Assembly: GCF_001194135.2 (NCBI RefSeq)
Contig: NC_068987.1
Coordinates: 21,029,372-21,066,858, forward strand
DNA length: 37,487 nucleotides
Source of the DNA: Octopus bimaculoides
Taxonomy: Eukaryota
Direction: 5' to 3'
Positions 22,115 through 34,508 of this stretch are shown here, in pieces. The notes beneath the pieces are model-generated. The model was not told the origin of the DNA, ran no database searches, and saw only the letters and a program-made list of their open reading frames with translations. The stretch's first letter is position 1. Each line of letters opens with the position of its first letter. The position numbers were made by a program, and so were the translations under genes.

Positions 22115-23271
22115 TTAATATTTTGTGAGTATCCCTTTACTATCAATGACCTCCTGACATCTGTTACCATTGGGCTGAAAAATAATTTGTTGCAAAATGA
22201 TGGAGTAATATTGTTCCGTTCATTTTTCAAATAATTCCCAGAGTTCATCTTGGTTCTTCGGATTTCTCCTTTACACCCCTCTCCAATAATCTTTTTCTAA
22301 ACGTTTTCTATAGGGTTAAGATCGGGACTTTGAGGGAGCCAGTCCATGAGATCAACTCCTTCATCACTCAAAAATATCTTTGACCGTCTTCTCAGGGTGA
22401 CAGGAAGCGTTCTCCTGCACGAAGATAGGGGGTTGAACTGACGAGGATCGGAGATGTGGAAGGGCATGCTGTCTAAGAATCTGCTTGTGGATATCAGCAT
22501 TAATAGTCCTTTGTAGGCGAATAGATGGACCAGGACCAGCAGCAGAGATCACTCTCCATACCATTACACTACCTTCTCTATATTTCACTATTTTCTTCAC
22601 ACATGCACGAGATAACCTTTCGTCACTTCTTCGTCGGACGTACATTCCGCCATCGGAAACAATCACATTAAACTTCGATTCATTGCTAAAACGAACTTGA
22701 GTCCATTGTTCTCCTATCCAAATGACATGTTCGTGAGCGAAACGAAGACGAGCTCTTTGATTCTTCTTGGAGATCAAAGTTTCTTTGCCGGTGCCCGAGC
22801 AAGCAACCCAGAACCTTGTAACCTCCGAGAAACTGTTTTGCGCGATACGTCGACATTGGAAGCTGAATTAACTCGCGGGATATCTCAGCAGCACTCTTAA
22901 ACCTATCTTTCAGTGACGTTCTAACCATAATTCGATCCTGTTATGGTGAAGTTTTACGAGGTCTACCGAATGTGGGTTTAGCATCTGTCGATCCTGATGA
23001 CTTAAAAGGAGTTACAATACGTTGCATAACACTTCTAGACCTTCCTACAGTAGTTGCTATCAGAGAATTTGACTTGCCCTCTTGGTGAAGGCACACAATC
23101 CTTTGTTTTACATCACAGGACACCGGTCGTCTCTTACATGTTGACAGCTGAACGTTCCAATAATTTAAGATCATAAGAAGTAACTGTTAGCCCATTAACA
23201 GTCTTCTAAACAACAAATACCACTGTTAGTAGTTCATTTTTTTCTAAGTGACCCTTAACTTTTGGCCGCTG
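22115..23271 (-). pseudogene. Decayed Tc1-family (DD34E) transposase with one recognisable TIR
   Basis: Frameshifted pieces: KQRIVCLHQEGKS..GRPRKTSP, DRFKSAAEISREL, RFSNESKF, VMVW..ISAAGPG, FVQENASCH, WLPQSPDLNPIENV, EVIDSKGILTKY*. The first two catalytic Asp read N and E. The 5' end CAGCGGCCAAAAGT is at 23271; no matching 3' TIR was seen. Confidence 0.9.
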
Positions 23272-24119
23272 CAATTTGGAAGATTGTTTGTTTATTTCCT
23301 CATAACTTACGAATATTGATTCTGTCCACTTGAAATTTTCACGAAAGATAGATGTTAGATATATCTAAATATGTGTGAAATATCTAGTCTGAATGTGTTG
23401 TTAACCTTCTATAATAACTATTTCAATACACTACTGTATATGTATATATATANNNNNNNNNNNNNNNNNNNNNNNNNNNNNNNNNNNNNNNNNNNNNNNN
23501 NNNNNNNNNNNNNNNNNNNNNNNNNNNNNNNNNNNNNNNNNNNNNNNNNNNNNNNNNNNNNNNNNNNNNNNNNNNNNNNNNNNNNNNNNNNNNNNNNNNN
23601 NNNNNNNNNNNNNNNNNNNNNNNNNNNNNNNNNNNNNNNNNNNNNNNNNNNNNNNNNNNNNNNNNNNNNNNNNNNNNNNNNNNNNNNNNNNNNNNNNNNN
23701 NNNNNNNNNNNNNNNNNNNNNNNNNNNNNNNNNNNNNNNNNNNNNNNNNNNNNNNNNNNNNNNNNNNNNNNNNNNNNNNNNNNNNNNNNNNNNNNNNNNN
23801 NNNNNNNNNNNNNNNNNNNNNNNNNNNNNNNNNNNNNNNNNNNNNNNNNNNNNNNNNNNNNNNNNNNNNNNNNNNNNNNNNNNNATATATATATATATAT
23901 ATATATATACTCATGCACACACATATATATATTTATATACATACACCACAAACATGCATGCACACAGACAGAGACACACACACAGACACGCACATGAGAT
24001 AGGGCTTGGGAAGGGAGAGAACGAATTTGGAAGGAGTGAAAAGAGAAAGACAGGTGGCGAAGCAACATTAGAAAGAATAAGGGTGAGAGGGAAATTAAAC
24101 TTGTGAGAGAAGAGTAGAA

Positions 24120-24190
24120 ATCGAGGAGAGGGAGAGAGAGAGAGAGAGAGAAAGAGCGAAGGAGAGAGAGTGTGAAGAGAGAGAGAGTGT

Positions 24191-24229
<39 letters not shown>

Positions 24230-24245
24230 AAGGAGGGAGAGGAGC
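24120..24245. repeat. GA-rich purine tract
   Basis: Direct reading. Confidence 0.8.
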
Positions 24246-24924
24246 AAATTTGAACGGAGGGAGGAAGGAGGCAAGGATATGAATATTCACTAGTTTTGTC
24301 ATTGAAATACCTATTGGCTTTAAATGAAACGAAAGTGAAAGCCTTTCGTTCTTTGNNNNNNNNNNNNNNNNNNNNNNNNNNNNNNNNNNNNNNNNNNNNN
24401 NNNNNNNNNNNNNNNNNNNNNNNNNNNNNNNNNNNNNNNNNNNNNNNNNNNNNNNNNNNNNNNNNNNNNNNNNNNNNNNNNNNNNNNNNNNNNNNNNNNN
24501 NNNNNNNNNNNNNNNNNNNNNNNNNNNNNNNNNNNNNNNNNNNNNNNNNNNNNNNNNNNNNNNNNNNNNNNNNNNNNNNNNNNNNNNNNNNNNNNNNNNN
24601 NNNNNNNNNNNNNNNNNNNNNNNNNNNNNNNNNNNNNNNNNNNNNNNNNNNNNNNNNNNNNNNNNNNNNNNNNNNNNNNNNNNNNNNNNNNNNNNNNNNN
24701 NNNNNNNNNNNNNNNNNNNNNNNNNNNNNNNNNNNNNNNNNNNNNNNNNNNNNNNNNNNNNNNNNNNNNNNNNNNNNNNNNNNNNNNNNNNNNNNNNNNN
24801 NNNNNNNNNNNNNNNNNNNNNNNNNNNNNNNNNNNNNNNNNNNNNNNNNNNNNNNNNNNNNNNNNNNNNNNNNNNNNNNNNNNNNNNNNNNNNNNNNNNN
24901 NNNNNNNNNNNNNNNNNNNNNNNN

Positions 24925-25241
24925 GTGAAATTAACGTGCAAGTGGCTGAGCACTCCACAGACACGTGTACCCTTAACGTAGTTCTCGGGGAGATTCAGCG
25001 TGACACAGAGTGTGACAGGGCTGACCCTTTGAAATACAAGCACAACAGAAACAGGAAGTAAGAGTGAGAGAAAGCTGTGGTGGAAGAGTACAGCAGGGTT
25101 CGCCACCGTCCCCTGCCGGAGCCTCGTGGAGCTTTAGGTGTTTTCGCTCAATAAACACTCACAACGCCCGGTCTGGGAATCGAAACCGCGATCCTATGAC
25201 CGCGAGTCCGCTGCCCTAACCACTGGGCCATTGCGCCTCCA
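24925..25241 (-). mobile_element. SINE family B, 3' end lost in the gap
   Basis: Near-identical to 15940-16332. Confidence 0.92.
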
Positions 25242-25369
25242 CTGTTTCGTTATATATGTATTATACATTACGCATACTCTTTTTATTATTTTATATGTTT
25301 CAACCTTAATGCTGCGGCCACGCTAGAGCACCGCCAGTGTAATCACCTTTTCACTGGCCGGTCTGATGT

Positions 25370-25660
25370 GATTGGCCTTGGTGAAGGTGGGAGTTCGACA
25401 CTGCTGCACTCTTTTGAGTTTCCTGTCTTGATATAGGTTCATCTGGGACCTTGAATAGCAGGAAGTCAAATTGTTTCTTGAAAACATCTACCCCCTATTC
25501 CATGAAGTTCCCTCAGATGTTTTAGCAACGCATTAAATACTGGGGGCCCTAGAATCTCAAATTATTACAGTGCATGGTTCTCACTCTAGACGAGATAGCT
25601 GTGATCTTCAGAACAGTGCAGTGGCGTCCAGTTCGAGGGCTGATGTAATATATATAAAAT
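25370..25660 (-). mobile_element. CR1-clade LINE 3' fragment
   Basis: YISPRTGRHCTV..SRVRTMHCNNL..GPQ..HLRELHGIGVDVFKKQFDFLLFKVPDEPISRQETQKSAAVSNS, the same family type as 218-660. Confidence 0.75.
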
Positions 25661-25751
25661 GCCAATCCTTTTTGTGCGGCTGAGTACCAAATGATCTGCG
25701 ACCTGATGATTAGGGACCCCAGCTATACTACACAGTGAGTAACGTGTGATA

Positions 25752-26143
25752 TGTTGTTATTGTTGGCACTCCGTCGCTTACGACGTCGAGGGTTCCAGTT
25801 GATCCGATCAACGGAACAGCCTGCTCGTGAAATTAACGTGCAAGTGGCTGAGCACTCCACAGACACGTGTACCCTTTACGTAGTTCTCGGGGAGATTCAG
25901 CGTGACACACAGTGTGACAGGGCTGACCCTTTGAATTACAGGCACAACAGAAACAGGAAGTAAGAGTGAGAGAAAGTTGTGGTGAAAGAGTACTGCAGGG
26001 TTCGCCACCATCCCCTGCCGGAGCCTCGTGGAGCTTTAGGTGCTTTCGCTCAATAAACACTCACAACGCCCGGTCTGGGAATCGAAACCGCGATCCTATG
26101 ACCACGAGTCCGCTGCCCTAACCACTGGGCCATTGTGCCTCCA
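25752..26143 (-). mobile_element. SINE family B, full length
   Basis: Near-identical to 15940-16332. Confidence 0.92.
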
Positions 26144-26397
26144 CAACGTATGATAAAACAGTGATCAAAAGAAAGCCGTTTGTAGATGTTGATAGAAGAA
26201 AATGGAAGAAAATGATTTAAAATGCTGCAAAATTGAAAAGAACTACAAGTTGGGTGCATGGTAATATCGTCATCTTCCTTTCGCGGATCACCTTGCAATA
26301 TGAAACAGCAGCGACAACGGTGTCAAAATATGGAAAGATTGATCTCTTTGTTATAATCATATCTAATCAATCTTAGCCAGAAAAAAAAAAAATCTAT

Positions 26398-26860
26398 GGG
26401 CGTAGACGTGGTCCCGGGTTCACTCTCATTGCGTGGTATCTTCTGCTATAGCTATGGGCCGACCAAAACCTTGTGAGTGGATTTCGTAGACGGAAACCGA
26501 AAGAAGTATAGTATACATGCATACATACATACATACATACATACGTACGTACGTATGTATGTATGTATGTATGTATGTATGTATGTATGTATGTATGTAT
26601 GTGTGTGTGTGTGTATACGTATCTATATGCGTGCACGTCTTTGTGTCTGTGTTCCCCACAGCCCCACTACAGCTTGATAACCGGTGTTGGTGTGTTTCCG
26701 GCTCAGTAGCATAGCGGTTCGGCAGAAGACACCGATAGAATAAGTACTAAGCTTAAAAAATAAAGTCCTGGGATCGATTTGTTCGACTAAATCCCTTCAA
26801 GGCGGTGCCCCAACATGACATCAGTCAAATGACTGAAATGAGTAAAAATTAAAAGATAAA
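26398..26860 (+). mobile_element. SINE family A with a deleted head and an internal (CATA)n/(TATG)n
   Basis: Shared blocks GGGCCGACCAAAACCTTGTGAGTGGATTT and GATAGAATAAGTACT..CAGTCAAATGACTGAAA. Confidence 0.8.
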
Positions 26861-26888
26861 ACACATTTCTGCGACAAAACACTTCACA

Positions 26889-26966
26889 TCGTTCTAATTT
26901 ATTCGTTCTAATTTATTCGTTCTAATTTATTCGTTCTAATTTATTCGTTCTAATTTATTCGTTCTA
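26889..26966. repeat. 14-bp tandem repeat TCGTTCTAATTTAT, 5.6 copies
   Basis: Direct reading; units are identical. Confidence 0.95.
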
Positions 26967-27042
26967 GTATTGAAAGTCAAGCTGTATTAGCTACTTGAAC
27001 ATCCGCCCAGAGAACTGGCATTCAGTTATCCCACTGAATAAT

Positions 27043-27255
27043 GATTGCAAATTTTTTGCCACAAGGGCAGCTTGGGGGAGGGGGGTTAAGTCGATTACAT
27101 CGACCCCAGTGCGTAACTGGTACCTATTTAATCGACCCCCGAAAGGATGAAAGGCAAAGTCGACCTCGGCGGAATTTGAACTCAGAACGTAGCGGCAGAC
27201 GTTTACCATTAAGTATTTCGCCAGTGTTGCTAACGATTCTGCCAGCTCGCATCTT
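27043..27255 (-). mobile_element. tRNA-derived SINE family C
   Basis: Reverse complement: GCGAGCTGGCAGAATCGTTAG..GAGTTCAAATTCCGCCGAGGTCGACTTTGCCTTTCATCCTTTCGG..GTCGAT. Flanked by TTATYCCACTGAATAAT (27026-27042 and 27256-27272). Confidence 0.85.
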
Positions 27256-27340
27256 TTATTCCACTGAATAATAGAAATGCATTCTGTTATTCCACTGAAT
27301 AATAAAAAGGCATTCTGTTATTCTACGGAATGATAAAAAA
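27256..27340. repeat. ~31-bp minisatellite TTATTCCACTGAATAATAGAAATGCATTCTG, about 2.7 copies
   Basis: Direct reading; a further partial unit at 27017-27042 lies on the other side of the SINE. Confidence 0.8.
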
Positions 27341-27703
27341 AAGGTGGACTGCATTCCCTTTTTCTTCTCATTATTTTGAGAGAGATTTTCAGTGATCTCA
27401 TTGAAATTGATAAAATGGTGTATGCAGTGATTTNNNNNNNNNNNNNNNNNNNNNNNNNNNNNNNNNNNNNNNNNNNNNNNNNNNNNNNNNNNNNNNNNNN
27501 NNNNNNNNNNNNNNNNNNNNNNNNNNNNNNNNNNNNNNNNNNNNNNNNNNNNNNNNNNNNNNNNNNNNNNNNNNNNNNNNNNNNNNNNNNNNNNNNNNNN
27601 NNNNNNNNNNNNNNNNNNNNNNNNNNNNNNNNNNNNNNNNNNNNNNNNNNNNNNNNNNNNNNNNNNNNNNNNNNNNNNNNNNNNNNNNNNNNNNNNNNNN
27701 NNN

Positions 27704-27907
27704 CACAAGGCCCGAAATTTTGGGGGAGTGGGGAGGCCCAGTCGATTAGATGGACCTCAGTATGCAACTGGTACTTAATTTATCAACTCCGTAAGGATGA
27801 AAGGTAAAGTCAACCTCGGCACAATTTGAACTCAGAACGTAAAGACAGACGAAATACCGCTAAGCATTTCGCCCGACATGCTAACGTTTCTACCAGCTCG
27901 CCGCCTT
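27704..27907 (-). mobile_element. SINE family C
   Basis: Same blocks as the 27043 copy. Confidence 0.85.
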
Positions 27908-27920
27908 ATTAAAGAGGAAA

Positions 27921-28139
27921 TATTCTTTTCTACTCTAGGATCAAGGCCCGGAATTTTGAGAGAGGGGGCCAGTCGATTAAATCGACCCCAGTATGCAACT
28001 GGTACTTAATTTATTAACCCCGACAGGATGAACGGCGAAGTCGACTTCGGTGGAATTTGAACTCAGAACGTAAAAACAGAAGAAATACTGCTAAGCATTT
28101 CGCCCGACGTGCTAACGTTTCTGCCAGCTTGCTGCCTTT
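27921..28139 (-). mobile_element. SINE family C, in tandem with the previous copy
   Basis: Same blocks, with tail TCTTTTCTACTCTAGG. Confidence 0.85.
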
Positions 28140-28447
28140 AAAACATAAAATACTGCAGCGACATTGGCAAGGTTACGCCCTGCGGAGTAATAACTGGTAT
28201 TGCTGTTGTTGCTTTGCCGATGGATAGCGGGACTGTTGACATTCGCCGCCTTCTCCCTTCACTCATTATTGAAACAACATTATTATTTACGTAAATTTAC
28301 TCAGAAGAGCCTCAAAGAATACAATAATGCTGTTTTGATGGTGACACATGAAGTACCAATGCGGTCTGTGAATATAATAATTATTCTATTGAATGCAATG
28401 ATTAGAAATAATAATAAGCTCTTTAAGGTTTTGAGTGGAAGCATTCG

Positions 28448-28731
28448 ACATACACATACAAGCATATATACACTCATACATACACGTAATTACATACATG
28501 TATACATGCATAGACACACACATGCATACATATATAAACACATACATATACACATACATACATACATACATACATACATTCATACATGTATACATATATA
28601 CGTATATGCATGCATGCATACATACATACATGCATGCATACATAAATTCATGCATACACAATACATACACACAAACATACGTACATACATAAATACATAC
28701 ATACATGAATACATACATACATATATATATA
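28448..28731. repeat. Degenerate (CATA)n microsatellite
   Basis: Direct reading. Confidence 0.85.
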
Positions 28732-29231
28732 NNNNNNNNNNNNNNNNNNNNNNNNNNNNNNNNNNNNNNNNNNNNNNNNNNNNNNNNNNNNNNNNNNNNN
28801 NNNNNNNNNNNNNNNNNNNNNNNNNNNNNNNNNNNNNNNNNNNNNNNNNNNNNNNNNNNNNNNNNNNNNNNNNNNNNNNNNNNNNNNNNNNNNNNNNNNN
28901 NNNNNNNNNNNNNNNNNNNNNNNNNNNNNNNNNNNNNNNNNNNNNNNNNNNNNNNNNNNNNNNNNNNNNNNNNNNNNNNNNNNNNNNNNNNNNNNNNNNN
29001 NNNNNNNNNNNNNNNNNNNNNNNNNNNNNNNNNNNNNNNNNNNNNNNNNNNNNNNNNNNNNNNNNNNNNNNNNNNNNNNNNNNNNNNNNNNNNNNNNNNN
29101 NNNNNNNNNNNNNNNNNNNNNNNNNNNNNNNNNNNNNNNNNNNNNNNNNNNNNNNNNNNNNNNNNNNNNNNNNNNNNNNNNNNNNNNNNNNNNNNNNNNN
29201 NNNNNNNNNNNNNNNTATACAATCATGCATG

Positions 29232-29440
29232 CATGTGTGTCCTTATGTTTGTATCCCACCCTTGGCGACTGGTGTTGGTTTGTTTGCATCACTGCAGGCT
29301 AGCGGTTCGGTAAAATGACACCGATAGAATAAGTAATAGAATGAAATAATATATATCGGGGTCCATTTGTTCGACTAAAACCCTTCAAGGCAGTGCCCTA
29401 ACCTGACTGCAATCCAGTGACCGGAACAAATGAAAGATGC
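29232..29440 (+). mobile_element. SINE family A, decayed 3' half
   Basis: GGTGTTGGTTTGTTT..AGCGGTTCGG..CCGATAGAATAAGTA..TTCGACTAAAACCCTTCAAGGC. Confidence 0.7.
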
Positions 29441-29659
29441 AAGACAAAGGGAATATACATTTGAACATTATTTACCTTTATAAATATATAAGGCGCAGTC
29501 ACAAGTTCTCATTGCAATATTATTTACATTAATGTTTCTACGTGCATTTCACCACTATGCTTCTTTGGAGGCCTGCAATAGACGTTCCAAATGCATATAG
29601 GTCCTCAACCACAATAGAACATCAGGGAACACTTTATCGTATTAAATCATATATACATA

Positions 29660-29834
29660 GGCGCAGGAGTGGCTGTGTGGTAAGTAGCTTGCTTACCAAC
29701 CACATGGTTCCGGGTTCAGTCCCACTGCGTGGCACCTAGGGCAAGTGTCTTCTACTATTGCCTCGGGCCGACCAAAGCCTTGTGAGTGGATTTGGTAGAC
29801 GGAAACTGAAAGAAGCTTGTCGTATGTATATATG

Positions 29835-29895
<61 letters not shown>

Positions 29896-30073
29896 TTGTG
29901 TGTCTGTGTTTGTCCCCCCAACATCGCTTGACAACCGATGGCGGTGTGTTTACGTCCCCGTAACTTAGCAGTTCGGCAAAAAGAGACCGATAGAATAAGT
30001 ACTAGGCTTACAAAGAATAAGTCCTGGTGTCGATTTGCTCGACTAAAGGCGGTGCTCCAGCATGGCCACAGTC
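29660..30073 (+). mobile_element. SINE family A, complete head and body, running into the gap
   Basis: Head GGCGCAGGAGTGGCTGTGTGGTAAG..GGTTCAGTCC (A/B-box-like), a CORE-like ACCTAGGGCAAGTG, an internal TA/TG microsatellite, then the 3' domain. Confidence 0.9.
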
Positions 30074-30216
30074 NNNNNNNNNNNNNNNNNNNNNNNNNNN
30101 NNNNNNNNNNNNNNNNNNNNNNNNNNNNNNNNNNNNNNNNNNNNNNNNNNNNNNNNNNNNNNNNNNNNNNNNNNNNNNNNNNNNNNNNNNNNNNNNNNNN
30201 NNNNNNNNNNNNNNNN

Positions 30217-30427
30217 TGTGTATGTTTGTGTGTCTGTGTTTGTCCCTCCAACTTCACTCGACAACCAATGCTGGTGTGTTTACGTTCCCGTAATTTAGCG
30301 GTTCGGCAAGAGAGACCGATAGAATAAGTACTAGGCTTACAAAGAATAAGTCGCTGGGTAGATTTGCTCGACTAAAGGTGGTGCTCCAGCATGGCCACAG
30401 TCAAATGACTGAAACAAGTAAAAGAGT
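30217..30427 (+). mobile_element. SINE family A, 3' half
   Basis: Same 3' domain, diverged from the adjacent copy, ending CAAGTAAAAGAGTA. Confidence 0.85.
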
Positions 30428-30607
30428 AGTGATCCGTCGCCTTATCGCAGGTCACCTATCGCGGTTCATCTATCGCGGTTCATCTATCGCGGTTCATCTA
30501 TTGCGGTTTATTATTTAAGCTTACGTCGATTCCTTCGTGGTGTTTTGCATTTAAAATAAAATATATATATACATCGTAACACCCGCGATAGTCGAGGGAT
30601 TACATTA
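30427..30607. mobile_element. pogo/Tigger-like MITE remnant with 14-bp subterminal repeats
   Basis: Left end TAGTGATCCGTCGCCTTATCGC versus reverse complement of the right end TAATGTAATCCCTCGACTATCGCGG. CTATCGCGGTTCAT occurs about 4 times at 30456-30510. Confidence 0.55.
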
Positions 30608-30963
30608 TAGTCGAGTACAGAGCGTAATAAAGGATTATATGCCAAGGGATCATGCAATTATATAACGAGGTTCATTAGATAATTTCTTGTTCCCTTGTCA
30701 CTTATATAACTCCTTATTACGCTTTGTACTCTAACGTTATTTTCTGAAGTATGTGTATACTGAATTCCAACACCAGGTTATTAGTCTCGCTATGATTAAG
30801 CGAAATAATATCTATCTATCTATCTATCTATCTATCATGTTATATAATGTATTATATTTTACATATATCATATATATGTAGATTCACACACACACAATGC
30901 ATACGTACACATGAAGGAAAGTGGGAAGAGAAGTAAAGTGAGAAGGAAGTGAGTTATATATAC

Positions 30964-31000
<37 letters not shown>

Positions 31001-31272
31001 CCTGTAATGTTTAGAAACAAAGCAAAACAAATAAAAAATTGTATAAAACTAAGAGAGCAAAGGTCAGGTGATGAAATGACACATTATTCAAAACATATTG
31101 TCTATTCTGTCTCCACTTGTCTTTTGAAACAGCTTAATGTCACTACACACAAAGACACGCGCGCGCGCGTGTGTAAGCGCCCATATACACACACACACAC
31201 ACACACATATGCACACATACTCACATAAGGATGCATTTATATACATACATATATATATATATATATTTATAT

Positions 31273-31329
<57 letters not shown>

Positions 31330-31389
31330 NNNNNNNNNNNNNNNNNNNNNNNNNNNNNNNNNNNNNNNNNNNNNNNNNNNNNNNNNNNN

Positions 31390-31440
<51 letters not shown>

Positions 31441-31864
31441 TGAGTGTACTGTTGCATTCGTGTGATGTGCGTTTGTAGTTGCTTGGTTTCCTTTCAACAT
31501 TTTATTTTTTGTTTTGCATTTTTTTCTTTTTTCACTTTGTAAAGCCGTAATTCTTCCTGTTTCATGAACTTAAATTTGGACCTTAAATTATTCCAATGAC
31601 CATTCTCACCTCCATGTTATGTTGGCCTTTCGTCTTTATTGTTAGAACAATAGAATATTTGTCGATTCTCCGTTAACGAGGTCGTTCACCATCTATGCCA
31701 ACCAGCGCTTCACAGTTTTCTTTTTTTAAATCTCTTACTCCCTTTTTCATTTGCTAACGCTATTTTTCATAAACCCACTTGCTACGATTCATCAAAATGA
31801 AGTGTTACAAAGACTGACTGCCGACATTAAATGACAATTGTACATGTTATTTTATCAATACGAT

Positions 31865-31950
31865 GGCCTCAAATTTTAACACACGGCTAGCAGTTTCAAG
31901 AATAAGCCGATTACATCGACCCCAGTACTGCTTTATCGACCCGAAAGGGT
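31865..31950 (-). mobile_element. SINE family C fragment
   Basis: CGATTACATCGACCCCAGTAC..TTTATCGACCCGAAAGG. Confidence 0.55.
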
Positions 31951-32318
31951 GGAGGTGCTTGTCTCCCCCTTGTAAACATAAGGACACAGGAAATTTGTCA
32001 AGGCCGACAGGAAGCGGTGCAGCTTCCTAGGTCTAAACAACAGTAGTATTATTCCCTTCATGGGACTGTCAACATTAAGTTGACAGCATACAACTATTCT
32101 CATTCGTGTTCAAGATAACAATCTTAAACGTGTTTCACAGACCCATCTCTCTTATGAAGTTCTCCAGTATAATCGTATTCTGTGGAATGGACAAGATGGG
32201 TATTATTTCAATATTCCTCAGACTGAATAGGCAACAGGATAGCCAATTACAAACAAAAGGGTGTCGTCAAATGTCTTCTATTTTTTACCAACTGAAGTTA
32301 AGACCAGAACAATCAAAT

Positions 32319-32518
32319 CCTTTCTACTCTAGGCACAAGGCCTGAAATTTCGGGGAAGGGGACCAGTCGATTACATCGACTCTAGTGTCTCACTGATACT
32401 TAATTTATCGACCGCGATTGGATAAAAGGCAAAGTTGACCCCGGCGGTAGTTGAACAGGCGAAATACCGCTCAAGCATTTCGCCTGGCATGCTAACCATT
32501 CTGCTAACTCGCCGCTTT
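32319..32518 (-). mobile_element. SINE family C with 15-bp TSD
   Basis: TSD CCAGAACAATCAAAT at 32304-32318 and 32519-32533. Confidence 0.9.
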
Positions 32519-33880
32519 CCAGAACAATCAAATTAATTATGCATGTCAAATAAACTTTATTTTCATTTGTATATTTTCTACGTTATCTCCATAACCAGCT
32601 ATAGTTATTTCAAATACTCTTCTCTACAACGACCAGGTTTCATTAGAAAATGAAAATAGTTTCACACTTTCAATTTGAACCAAAATTACAAAGTGTAGCA
32701 TTACGAGAGGGACGATGTGTGAATAATGAAAGTAATGTTTCTCCGAATTAATCACATGTGTACTATAATAAAGAAAGCTGCTTATTATCTATCTACCAAA
32801 TAAACTGTTTTTGACTCACCAATTGTTTTTTACAACTAAAATAACCTCGGCAACTAGGTTGGGTCGCACAGTTTTGAGTTCATTTTCGGACAATATTTTG
32901 ATTTGCTTCTAATGTATCACTTTCGTCCGATATTTCACACATGCGTAGAAATCTACTCAGACAAACATTTATGAAAATGTACACATAAATATTGTATTAA
33001 AATAAGTCACAACCAAAAAAATTTCATTAAAAGACATCAAGTTTTCTAAGTGTAATGGGGAAATACAGCCTCTNNNNNNNNNNNNNNNNNNNNNNNNNNN
33101 NNNNNNNNNNNNNNNNNNNNNNNNNNNNNNNNNNNNNNNNNNNNNNNNNNNNNNNNNNNNNNNNNNNNNNNNNNNNNNNNNNNNNNNNNNNNNNNNNNNN
33201 NNNNNNNNNNNNNNNNNNNNNNNNNNNNNNNNNNNNNNNNNNNNNNNNNNNNNNNNNNNNNNNNNNNNNNNNNNNNNNNNNNNNNNNNNNNNNNNNNNNN
33301 NNNNNNNNNNNNNNNNNNNNNNNNNNNNNNNNNNNNNNNNNNNNNNNNNNNNNNNNNNNNNNNNNNNNNNNNNNNNNNNNNNNNNNNNNNNNNNNNNNNN
33401 NNNNNNNNNNNNNNNNNNNNNNNNNNNNNNNNNNNNNNNNNNNNNNNNNNNNNNNNNNNNNNNNNNNNNNNNNNNNNNNNNNNNNNNNNNNNNNNNNNNN
33501 NNNNNNNNNNNNNNNNNNNNNNNNNNNNNNNNNNNNNNNNNNNNNNNNNNNNNNNNNNNNNNNNNNNNNNNNNNNNNNNNNNNNNNNNNNNNNNNNNNNN
33601 NNNNNNNNNNNNNNNNNNNNNNNNNNNNNNNNNNNNNNNNNNNNNNNNNNNNNNNNNNNNNNNNNNNNNNNNNNNNNNNNNNNNNNNNNNNNNNNNNNNN
33701 NNNNNNNNNNNNNNNNNNNNNNNNNNNNNNNNNNNNNNNNNNNNNNNNNNNNNNNNNNNNNNNNNNNNNNNNNNNNNNNNNNNNNNNNNNNNNNNNNNNN
33801 NNNNNNNNNNNNNNNNNNNNNNNNNNNNNNNNNNNNNNNNNNNNNNNNNNNNNNNNNNNNNNNNNNNNNNNNNNNNNNNN

Positions 33881-34200
33881 ACTATAGCCTCGGGCCGACC
33901 AAAGTCTTGTGAGTGGATTTGGTAGACGGAAACTGAAAGAAGCCCGTCGTTTATATGTATATACATATATATATATGTATGTGTGTGTATATGTTTGTGT
34001 GTTTGTGTTTGTCCCCCTCAACATCGCTTGACAATCGATGGTGGTGTGTTTATGTCCCCGTAACTTAGCGGTTCGGCAAAAGCGACCGATAGCGTAAGTA
34101 CTAATCTTACAAAGAATAAGTCCTGGGGTCGATTTGCTCGACTAAAGACGGTGCTCCACCATGGTCGCAGTCAAATGACTGAAACAAGTAAAAGAGAGTA
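33881..34200 (+). mobile_element. SINE family A, head lost in the gap
   Basis: Near-identical blocks to the 29660 copy. Confidence 0.9.
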
Positions 34201-34508
34201 AGAACGAGAATGGTAAATTGACAACTGATTTTGAAATGTAAACAAAACTATTATTTGGAAATTTTCGGATAAGAAATTTTAAAATGATGTCTGTCTTTCT
34301 GTACAGAGAATATATTAAAAAGCGAAAGATCGCTAGCATTAAGATACCGTTGTTGGGTTAAATGAATCGAACGGATTTGCAATTATAAAAAATTTACTGT
34401 AAATTCACGGACGATGAAACCTCGATGTTGTTGCTTCATCTACTAGAAAGTGTACCCAAATTTCCTATCTTAGCAACATTAATAGAAAGTCCGTTCTGAT
34501 ATGATCAC

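Noticed and set aside
24973-26060. Repeated ORFs MFIERKHLKLHE.. and MVANPAVLFHH..
   Set aside because: They recur only because they lie inside SINE family B copies; no coding signature.
21841-27340. Short tandem arrays as CRISPR
   Set aside because: The units are contiguous with no unique spacers, there are no cas genes, and the context is eukaryotic.
29890-30427. Family A 3' halves on both sides of a gap as a false duplication
   Set aside because: They differ at many positions, which fits independent copies.
32065-32085. Hairpin CTGTCAAC-ATTAA-GTTGACAG
   Set aside because: An isolated 8-bp stem with no associated feature.
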